From: an uncultured Holophaga sp.
GTDB lineage: Bacteria > Acidobacteriota > Holophagae > Holophagales > Holophagaceae
NCBI GenBank assembly: GCA_963664825.1
Contig: OY761614.1
Location: 832,001-896,000 of the forward strand
Reading direction: 5' to 3'
DNA: 64,000 nt
The translations under genes and the position numbers were made by a program. Each line of letters starts with the position of its first letter. Within the stretch, counting starts at the first letter, position 1. The notes below the pieces were generated by a model. That model saw only the letters and a program-made list of their open reading frames with translations, was not told the DNA's origin and did no database searches. Shown one piece after another: positions 19,078 through 27,700 of this stretch.

Positions 19078-20670
19078 ATGACCTCCAGACCCACCCCAGA
19101 CCCAAAGCCCCCGGCCTTCCACGAGGAAGGCATGGCTTCGCTCTTGGACCAGGCCCTGCGGATCCTCCGGGTGACGACCGAGATCATCGCCCTCTCGGAT
19201 CCAGAGGATGTCTCCCGGCATGTGGTCCGCAGCCTGGTGGAAGAACTCCATTTCCAAGCCGTGAGCGTCGTGCTCCTGGACGCCACCAGCGGCCAGCTGC
19301 GCTATGCGGCGGAGACCGGCGTCCCCGAAGCCGTGAAGGCCCTGGGCTTCCGAGAACAGGGCCTGACCATGCACGCGTTCCGGACCGGGGAGGCCATGTT
19401 CGTGGAGAACATGGCCCAGGACGCAGGCACGAACCCCGATGCCCGTCCCTATTTCCAGAGCTATGCCGTGCTCCCCATCCAGCACCGGAACCGCCCCTTC
19501 GGCATACTCATCGTGAACTACGAGCGAGTCCACGCATTCGCTCCCCTGGAGCGCCAGATCCTGCGGACCTTTGCCAGCCAGATCGCGGTGGCCCTGGATA
19601 ACTCGCAGCTGCTGGCGGCCACCCAGCAGAGGGCCGATACCCTCTCCGCCCTGGCGCACCTGGGCCAGGCCCTCGCCGAGCGCATGGATCTCACCCACGC
19701 CCTGAGCGTCTTGGAGGACAGTCTCCGGACCCATCTCCCTCAAATGGAAACGGCCGCGTTCTGGCTGTTGGAGGGCCGGAACCACCTGGTGCCGGGCTTC
19801 CATTACGGCCTCGGCCTGAAGGATGGGGAGCTCCTGCCCCGGGATCTCATCGAAGGCGTCGACGGCGGCCTCTTGGCCAGCAAGGGACCCCAGATCCTGC
19901 CCTTCCTCCAGGTGCTGGGCCAAGACCTGCCGCCCCGGAAGAGGCCCTGGGGGGATGGCCTGGCGCTGGTGCTCCGGACGGCCTCGGGCGTGGAGGGACT
20001 CCTGCTGCTCCATGCGGCGGCGGGCCCCGGCATTCTCCGGCCCCTGGATCTGGATTTCCTCTGCGCCCTCACCGATCAGGCCGCGCTGGCGATCCACCAC
20101 GCCCGGATCTTCGCCTCCACCCGGGATTCGGCCTCCCTGGATAGCCTCACGGGTCTCCTCAACCATGGCGCCCTCCTTACCGCCGCCCAGGAGCGCATCA
20201 CCCAGACCGCGCAGGAGGGCAGCCCACTCTCCCTGCTGATGCTGGATGCGGACCACTTCAAGATCTCCAACGACACCCATGGACACCCCTTCGGCGACAA
20301 GGTGCTGGTGGCCCTGGCCAAAATTCTGAAGGCCCATGTGCGGCCCTCGGATCTGGTGGGGCGATGGGGGGGCGAGGAGTTCGTCGTGGTGCTGCCTGGA
20401 GCCGACACGGAGATGGCCTTCAGGGTGGCTGAGCGCATTCGACGCGCCATGGCCTCCATGGTCCTTTCGGCCCCCGGGGGCCAGAAGGTACCGGCCCCCA
20501 CCGTGAGCATCGGCATCGCCACCCGGGAAGCCGGGGGAAAGGGCTTCGCCGAACTCCTCCAATGCGCCGATACCGCCCTCTACCAGGCCAAATATGCGGG
20601 CCGGAACCTGACCATCCGCTTCGATCCGACGCTCTCTATTCCCGGAGAATCCCTGCCCACGGCCCTTTGA
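19078..20670 (+). CDS. GAF-GAF-GGDEF diguanylate cyclase
   Basis: Two GAF-like regions; DSLTGLLN, DADHFKISNDTHGH, RPSD I-site, GGEEF. Confidence 0.92.
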   Translation: MTSRPTPDPKPPAFHEEGMASLLDQALRILRVTTEIIALSDPEDVSRHVVRSLVEELHFQAVSVVLLDATSGQLRYAAETGVPEAVKALGFREQGLTMHAFRTGEAMFVENMAQDAGTNPDARPYFQSYAVLPIQHRNRPFGILIVNYERVHAFAPLERQILRTFASQIAVALDNSQLLAATQQRADTLSALAHLGQALAERMDLTHALSVLEDSLRTHLPQMETAAFWLLEGRNHLVPGFHYGLGLKDGELLPRDLIEGVDGGLLASKGPQILPFLQVLGQDLPPRKRPWGDGLALVLRTASGVEGLLLLHAAAGPGILRPLDLDFLCALTDQAALAIHHARIFASTRDSASLDSLTGLLNHGALLTAAQERITQTAQEGSPLSLLMLDADHFKISNDTHGHPFGDKVLVALAKILKAHVRPSDLVGRWGGEEFVVVLPGADTEMAFRVAERIRRAMASMVLSAPGGQKVPAPTVSIGIATREAGGKGFAELLQCADTALYQAKYAGRNLTIRFDPTLSIPGESLPTAL

Positions 20671-20729
20671 GGGGGAGGCAGGACGGGAATTCGGGAGGAG
20701 CGGAGAAGAGTCAGGTAGGGGAGGGAATA

Positions 20730-20746
20730 GTTCGCTATAATTTCGC
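20730..20746 (+). promoter_or_regulatory. Putative LexA-type box (GTTC-N7-TTTC) overlapping a TATAAT -10 upstream of dinB
   Basis: gttcgctataatttcgc; TATAAT at 20736-20741. Confidence 0.4.
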
Positions 20747-20769
20747 CAGCCACCTTCCTGGATGACCGC

Positions 20770-21930
20770 GTGCCTTCGCGCCCTACCCCTCCCCGCATCG
20801 CCCACCTGGATATGGACGCCTACTTCGCCTCCGTGGAACTGCTGCGCCATCCGGAATTGAAGGGCCGCGCCGTGATCATTGGCGGGAGGCCCAGGCCCGG
20901 GGAGGCGGCGATCCGGAAACTCCGCGAATACACCGGCCGAGGTGTGGTGAGCACGGCCACCTACGAGGCCCGAGCCTTGGGCGTGCACTCGGGGATGGGG
21001 CTCATGAAGGCCGCCGCCCTGGCCCCGGAGGCCACCCTCCTCTCCGGCGACTACGAGACCTACAGCCGCGTCTCCCGCACCTTCAAGGCCGCCGTGACCC
21101 GGATCGCCCCCCTCATGGAGGACCGGGGCATCGATGAGATCTTTCTCGATCTGACCGAGGTGGAAGGAGAGACCCGGGAACTCGCCCAGCGCCTCCAGGA
21201 GGCCGTGCGCCTCGCCACCGGCCTCTCCTGCTCCATCGGCGTCACCCCCAATAAGCTGCTCTCCAAGATGGCTTCCGAGCTCGAGAAGCCCGGTGGCCTC
21301 ACCATCCTCGGCCTGGAGGATCTCCCGACCCGGATCTGGCCCCTGCCCTGCTCGGCCATCAATGGCATCGGCCCCAAGGCCACCGCCAAGCTGGAGAGTT
21401 TCCAGATCCGGACGATCGGGGAACTGGCCAAGGCCGACCCGGGCTTCCTCCTGGCCCACTTCGGCAAAACTTACGGCGCCTGGCTCTTCGCATCGGCCCA
21501 TGGCCGGGATGACCGCCCCCTCACCCTCACCCGGGAGCCCAAGTCCATCAGCCGGGAGACCACCTTCGAGCGCGATCTCCACGTCAAGGGGGACCGGAGG
21601 GAACTCACGGGCATCCTGCTGAACCTCTGCGAGCGCCTGGCCCAGGATCTGGCCCGCAAGGGCTATATGGCGCGCACCGTGGGCATCAAGCTGCGCTTCG
21701 AGGACTTCTCCACCCTCACCCGGGATCATTCGTTCCGGGTGCCCATCGCCGAGGCGGCCTCTCTCTGCGAAGCCGCCCGCGCCAGCCTGAAGCGGGTGCC
21801 CCTGGACCGGAAGCTGCGCCTCCTGGGCCTCAGGGCCGGCGGGCTGCTGAAGGCCGAGGATTACCGATCGCAGATCTCTGAAGTCGACCCCGGAACCGAG
21901 CCCAGCCTCTTCGCGGATCTGGAGCCGTGA
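20770..21930 (+). CDS. dinB: DNA polymerase IV (Y-family)
   Basis: HLDMDAYFASVE, STATYEARALGVHSGM, GIDEIFLD, KMASELEKPGG. Confidence 0.96.
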   Translation: MPSRPTPPRIAHLDMDAYFASVELLRHPELKGRAVIIGGRPRPGEAAIRKLREYTGRGVVSTATYEARALGVHSGMGLMKAAALAPEATLLSGDYETYSRVSRTFKAAVTRIAPLMEDRGIDEIFLDLTEVEGETRELAQRLQEAVRLATGLSCSIGVTPNKLLSKMASELEKPGGLTILGLEDLPTRIWPLPCSAINGIGPKATAKLESFQIRTIGELAKADPGFLLAHFGKTYGAWLFASAHGRDDRPLTLTREPKSISRETTFERDLHVKGDRRELTGILLNLCERLAQDLARKGYMARTVGIKLRFEDFSTLTRDHSFRVPIAEAASLCEAARASLKRVPLDRKLRLLGLRAGGLLKAEDYRSQISEVDPGTEPSLFADLEP

Positions 21931-24617
21931 TGGAGGAGATCACGCGCTCCGTGCGCGATTTCGTCCTGCCCCTGGAGCGGAGCGGTAGCCTGGACGCCTC
22001 TCTCTCCTTCCAGCTGGAGGAGGATGCCGCCGCCCAGGGCACCCGCCTGCACATCAAGGTCCAGAAGCGCCTGAAGGGGGAATATCCCGATCTCCAGTCG
22101 GAGCGGACGGTGCTGTGGACCTTCCAGCGCCCGGATTTCCAGTGCCTCCTGCGGGGGCGCATGGATGTGTTCATTCCAGGAGACAGACCGGTAATGGAGG
22201 AGATTAAGACCACCTTCCAGCCCCAGGGGCTCCTGCGGGCCCTGGACGCCGATCCCCAGCATCCCTTCGCCCAGCAGGTGCGGATGTATGCCTGGATCCT
22301 CGCCCAGAGGGAGGAGCGGGTTCCCGCCTGCCGCCTGCGGGTGATCTCCCTCCTGGACGAGCGTGAAACCCTGGTGGAGGTGCCCTTCGATCTGGAGGCC
22401 TTCTCGGCCTGGGTGGAGGCCCAGATGGATGGACTCCGCGCCCAGCACCTCCAGGCCCTGGCCCGGGCCGCGGAGCGGAAGCTGATCGGAGCCGGGCTCC
22501 GCTTCCCCTTCGAGGCGCCCCGCCCCGGCCAGGAAAGGCTTCTGGCCCTGGTGGAAGAAGCCCTCGGCGCGGGCTCCCGCCTGCTGGTCCAGGCCCCCAC
22601 GGGGCTGGGCAAGACAGCCGCTGTCCTGTATCCGGGGCTCCGGAAGGCCCTGGAGGAGGATCTGCGGGTCTTCTATCTGACCCCCAGGAACAGCCAGCAT
22701 TCCGTGGCCGAGGCCTTCCTGGGGCGCCTTTGCAGGGCGGGCCATCTCCTCCGCTCCATCACCCTGCGGGCCAAGGAGCGCATCTGCCCCCAGGAGGAGC
22801 TCCACTGCCACCCCGATGTCTGCCCAAGGGCCAGCGGCTACTACGACCGCCTCAAGGAGTCCAAGGCCCTGGAGCGCCTGATGGAGCTGGGTTGCGTGGA
22901 ATCGGCCACCCTCCAGGCCCTGGCCGAAGAATGCACACTCTGTCCCTTCGAGCTCTCCCTGGACGCGGCCCGGAATGCCGATGTCATCATCGGGGACTAC
23001 AACTACGCCCTCGCCCCCTCGGCCACCCTGGCGCGTTTCTTCGGTGACGAAGCCTCCCAGGGGCGGAATCTCCTGCTCCTCGACGAGGCCCATAACCTGC
23101 CGAACCGGGCCACGGATTGGTTCTCCCCGGCCCTGGACACCGATCAGCTCCGGGCCCTCAAGAAGGGCTGGAAGGGCAAGGGCCGGGGCCTGAAGGGCAG
23201 CTTCACCCGCCAGCTCGAGCGCTGCCTCAGGCTCCTGGAAACCCACGCCGGTCCCCACAGGCAGCTGGACGTGGACCCGACCCTCTTCAACGCCGAGGAA
23301 CAGCGGCTCCGCAAGCTGCTGGCCAAGGCCGCTTCCGACGGGCAGGAGCTGGCCCCGAGCCATCCCCTGGTGCAGCTCTTCCGCCAATGGTCGGAATTCT
23401 GCGGCGTGCTGCGGGAGCGCAGCGAGGCCCACCTGCTCACCTGGATGCCCCCGGGGAGGCTGCAGATCACCTGCGTGGACGCTTCCCCATACCTGGCCGA
23501 ACGCTTCAGGTCCCTGGCGGGAGCCGTGCTCTTCTCGGGCACGCTGAAGCCCTTCGCCTACTACCAGAGGCTCTGCGGCCTGGCCCAGGCCCGCTGCGAG
23601 GAGATCCCCTCCCCTTTCCCGCCGGAGCATCGCTGCCTGCTGGTGGTGCCCCAGATCTCCACCCTCTACCGCCAAAGGGAGCAGCAGACACCCCGCGTCG
23701 CCGAATTCCTCTCCAAGGTGCTGCCCCTGCGGAAGGGCAATTACCTAGTCTTCTTCCCCAGCTTCGAGTTCCTGGACAAGACCCGGCCCTTCCTGGATCT
23801 CCCGGGTTTTCGCATCCTGGCCCAGCCCCGGAGGGCCAGCCAGGACGCGCTCCAGGAGATCCTCGGCGCCCTTGAAACAGAACGCGGGCTGGTGGTGCTG
23901 GCCGTGCAGGGAGGCTCCCTCTCCGAGGGCGTCGACCTGCCCGGGGAAGCCCTCATCGGCAGCATCATCGTGGGCCCGCCCATCCCCCCCTTCGACCTGG
24001 AGCGCAAGCTCACCAAGGCCTACTTCGGCAGGGCCCTGGACACGGCGCCGGGGTCGCAAGCCAGCCCCCCTGCGAGCACAGGCGCTGTGGCCGGGCTCCG
24101 CCAGGACGCGGCGCGGGGGGCCAAGGGGGGACTTCGCGACCCCAGGGAGCAGGCGGTCCCCCCTGCGAGCACCGGCGCTGTGGCCGGGCTCCGCCAGGAC
24201 GCGGCGCGGGGGGCCAAGGGGGGACTTCGCGACCGCAGGGAGCAGGCGGTCCCCCCTGCGAGCACAGGCGCTGCGGCCGGGCTCCGCCAGGACGCGGCGC
24301 GGGGGGCCAAGGGGGGACTTCGCGACCCCAGGGAGCAGGCGGTCCCCCCTGCGAGCACAGCCGAGGCCTTCACCTACATCTACCCCGCCATGGCCAAGGC
24401 CATCCAGGCCGCAGGGCGCGTGATCCGGGGCCCCGAGGAGCGGGGCCTCCTGGTCTTCCTGGATGGCCGCTTCCTGGAGCCCGCCTTCGCGCAATGTTTT
24501 CCCGGCGACTGGTTCATCCAATCCCCCCGGGAAGTCGTCTCCGAAGCCATCCTGGCCGATGTCGCCCGGTTCTGGGAGCACACTCCTGGAACCGAAGAGC
24601 CCCCTGCCCCGAGATGA
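21927..24617 (+). CDS. Fe-S DinG/XPD-type ATP-dependent helicase with N-terminal PD-(D/E)XK nuclease-like domain
   Basis: GRMD..EEIKT..QVRMY; APTGLGKT; four-Cys cluster; DEAHNL; FSGTL; EGVDLPG; QAAGRVIR. Overlaps the dinB stop. Confidence 0.9.
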   Translation: MMEEITRSVRDFVLPLERSGSLDASLSFQLEEDAAAQGTRLHIKVQKRLKGEYPDLQSERTVLWTFQRPDFQCLLRGRMDVFIPGDRPVMEEIKTTFQPQGLLRALDADPQHPFAQQVRMYAWILAQREERVPACRLRVISLLDERETLVEVPFDLEAFSAWVEAQMDGLRAQHLQALARAAERKLIGAGLRFPFEAPRPGQERLLALVEEALGAGSRLLVQAPTGLGKTAAVLYPGLRKALEEDLRVFYLTPRNSQHSVAEAFLGRLCRAGHLLRSITLRAKERICPQEELHCHPDVCPRASGYYDRLKESKALERLMELGCVESATLQALAEECTLCPFELSLDAARNADVIIGDYNYALAPSATLARFFGDEASQGRNLLLLDEAHNLPNRATDWFSPALDTDQLRALKKGWKGKGRGLKGSFTRQLERCLRLLETHAGPHRQLDVDPTLFNAEEQRLRKLLAKAASDGQELAPSHPLVQLFRQWSEFCGVLRERSEAHLLTWMPPGRLQITCVDASPYLAERFRSLAGAVLFSGTLKPFAYYQRLCGLAQARCEEIPSPFPPEHRCLLVVPQISTLYRQREQQTPRVAEFLSKVLPLRKGNYLVFFPSFEFLDKTRPFLDLPGFRILAQPRRASQDALQEILGALETERGLVVLAVQGGSLSEGVDLPGEALIGSIIVGPPIPPFDLERKLTKAYFGRALDTAPGSQASPPASTGAVAGLRQDAARGAKGGLRDPREQAVPPASTGAVAGLRQDAARGAKGGLRDRREQAVPPASTGAAAGLRQDAARGAKGGLRDPREQAVPPASTAEAFTYIYPAMAKAIQAAGRVIRGPEERGLLVFLDGRFLEPAFAQCFPGDWFIQSPREVVSEAILADVARFWEHTPGTEEPPAPR
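24065..24360 (+). repeat. 93-bp in-frame tandem repeat (3 copies plus partial) inside the helicase
   Basis: cccccctgcgagcac recurs at 24065, 24158, 24251 and 24344; encodes PPASTGAVAGLRQDAARGAKGGLRDPREQAV. Confidence 0.95.
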
Positions 24618-24668
24618 AGCAGGAAGCTCGGGCCCTGGAGAACCAGCCGGAAGGACCCTCATGAACAG

Positions 24669-24694
24669 GAGAACCCCGGGCCACCGGGGTTCTC
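24669..24694. terminator. Hairpin between convergent genes (possible bidirectional terminator)
   Basis: gagaaccccgg-gcca-ccggggttctc, perfect 11-bp stem; no clear U-tract. Confidence 0.55.
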
Positions 24695-24714
24695 ACTGGG
24701 CATCCTGGAATCCG

Positions 24715-27700
24715 CTATTGGACCCAGTAATTCAGAACCTTGAAGTCCTGCTTATTGTAATCGGCGGTAGCGGGGATGGTCTTGTTGTAGGAGAAGATGC
24801 CCCACTTGAAGATCGTGCCCCCACTGTAATCGGCGGCGTCCAGGCCGCCCACGCAACCCACGATCGAGCTGCCCAGGGAGACCTGGCTGCTGAGGGTTGC
24901 CCCCACAGAGAACGACTGGGAGCCTCCGGCAAGCACCACGAGGGAGACCTCGGCTTCGATACTCGTCTCTGAGGTCCAGCTCGCCGAGATGCCCGTCTCC
25001 AGGCTGGTGGAATAGGTGATGGTGTTGTAGAGGTTTCCCTCGGGCACGATCCCGCTCTGGGAATTCGCCAGGAGGAAGCCTTGGTTGAGGTCCAGCACAA
25101 CCAAGGAGGCGGCCTGGGCGCGGGTCGGGTAGGTGAAGGGCCGCCCGAGAGTGTGCTGAAGGATCGTGCGATCGATCTCAGGGCCCTTCCCGCAGTGGGC
25201 ATTGTAGAAGTCCACATCCGTGAACTGAAGGAGCGCCTCCCGTTCCCGCTGAATGAAGAGGGTGTCGCCCACCTTCACCTTCGAATTGGACCCGGAGCGG
25301 GTCACCCGGTAGCCATAGACATCCACCGGAACCGCCGCGAAGAGTACGGCGTCGCTGCCCGCGTAGGTGGCATAGGAAATATCCCGGGTGTATCCGTAGG
25401 TGGTTTCGAAGGCAAAGTCCCAGGCGTATTTCTGGGTCACCTTGATCTCGACCTCCCCGTTGGAGACCACGGGAAGCGTGATCTTGACGCCCCCCATGGT
25501 CGCCACCGAGAACCCCATGGAGGCGCTGAAACCCCCACTGATCCCGCTGGAATTGCCGAACTGCGTGAAGGAATTGCCGGTGTTCTGGTCGTGGGTCAGG
25601 CCCGTCCAGTAGGGAGGCGAGGCCAGCACGGCCTTGATCATGGGCTTGGTGAAGGTGAGGGCGTGGCCGAGGTATTCCACGACCGTGCCATCGTCATTCA
25701 GATCGGCCAAGCACAGGAAGGGAGCGAACTGGCCCGTGGTGGAATACTGGATCTCCGTACCCTGGAGCATCCGCTTGGTCTCGCTATCGTAATAGTAGCG
25801 GCGGAGCTTCTGGTTCCGGAAATTGAGGATCAGGATCTCCGGGAGGCCCTTGGGATCGCTGGTCAGCCTGCTCACCGCCGCCTGACCATACATGGACGAA
25901 GGATCCCGGCGGTTAATGTTAACTTCGTTCACAACGTCGCCCCAGAGGAGTTGTTTGCTGGTGCTGTCGTAGGCGTAGTCCAGGGAGGCCCCGGCAAGGC
26001 TGGTGGCCGCCGTATAGGTCAGGACATCATCGGCAGAGATGATCTCTTCCATGCCATCGCCATCCAGATCCGCGAGGGCCAAGACGGGCACGGCGGCGTC
26101 ATGTTCTTTTCTATTGGTTTCCTCCGTAGAGGAATAATTTCGATACAGCCAGCGGCTGGAACAGAGGTCACCATCCACGCCCACCGGCAGGAAACTCGGC
26201 GTCCAGACGCCACCGGAGATGCCGACCTGGGCCATGAGTGTCCGGTTCTTGCTCGTGCCGGAGACGAGCCCGGATAAGACGATCTCCACCTTGCCGTCGG
26301 CGTCGATATCCGAAGCCGCGATGGCCCCGCCACGGAGGGAGATCCCCGGGGTCGGGTGGGAGGTATCGATCTGGGTCACGTTGAAGCCATCGACCTTCTT
26401 CGAGATGGAGTTATCGCTATTGAGCTGCCAGATGGAGAGCTGGCCCACCGTCGCAGAGGTGTAGCCCCCGTTGAAGAGGAGGATCTCATCCCGACCATCA
26501 TGATCGATATCGGCACAGGCCACCCGGACGAAGGGAAAGCTCTCCACGGGCGCCAGCGAGGTGGGACCGCTGATCAGGTTCAAGGCACTATCGAAGATGT
26601 AGACCTTGTCCTCGGCCATCAGCACGATCTCTTGTTTCCCATCCTTGTTGAGGTCCCCCGCCACGGCGCTGAACTTCTGGTACCACTGTCTCGGATCGCC
26701 ATCGGTAGTGTTAAGGCTGGTGGGAGTCCAGGGAACGGTGCCCTTCATCGTCAGGGTGCTTCCTGATCCGCCGGTCAGGAGCGAGACCGTAAAGTGGTCG
26801 TTACTGCTACCCCTGGACGGGCCTGGGAAACTGAATAGGACCACCTCCTGCTTGCCATCGGCGTAGAGGTTCGCGGGCACCGGGATCACGATCTGATCGG
26901 GGGTCGGCGCGCTAGTGCTCAGACTCGATACGGGAAGCTGCGTGAAGGCATGAGCCAAGTCGGAGCTCAGCAGATAGGCGTTATTAGCGGTATCGACCAC
27001 CAGGGGCTCGTCGATCTTCCGGATATTGACGGTCCCGTTGCCCAGAGGCTGATCGGTGGAGGTCATATCCTGGCCTTGAGCGTTCTTCCGCGGGCCCAGG
27101 TCGGTGTTGATATTGAGGCTCGCCAGCACATCGGCATCCGTGAAGGTGACATCCACCGATTTGGAGGCGACTGCGCTCTGAACGCCCAGGCTATTGACGG
27201 CCATGCAGGTGAGAACCAGTGGGCTCTTGGCGCTCACAGAAAAGGACACGCTATTGCCGGTGGTGGAGGTGGTGAAGGTCCCCCCCTTGAGAGTCCAGAC
27301 ATAGGTGCAGTTGCTCTGGGAAGTCACCATGGCCGAACCGACGCCTCCGGCCGCGAGGGCTGTACTCAGCAGCGTGATATCGGGGGTGGTGGGACCATTG
27401 AGGATCGAACAGGCCGTAATCCCTGGGAGGGAGGCCGTTCCTGCCAGGTTGGTCAGGACACAGGAGAGCTGAAGCGCACCCGAGGCTCCGGCAGTGAAGG
27501 TCACCGCGTTGGTGCCATCACCTGCGGTAATGGCGCCGCCACTGATGGTCCAGGCATAGCTGTACCCGGCCTGGGCCGGGACACTGGCGGTATAGCCCGC
27601 CTGATTGGGAGATATCAGGGAGGGTGCGGTAACCATGGGCGCAACTGGCAATGGCAGAATCGTGGTGATGGCGCTTCCCGCAGGAGAAGCCACCCCCATC

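Noticed and set aside
17551..21729. 1392-aa minus-strand ORF, and similar long ORFs (7594..9714, 35684..38086, 45638..47914, 60271..61872)
   Set aside because: Antisense or off-frame shadows of well-supported genes in GC-rich DNA; no recognisable motifs.
24065..24360. Possible CRISPR array
   Set aside because: Contiguous 93-bp units with no unique spacers, in frame within a CDS; no cas genes nearby.
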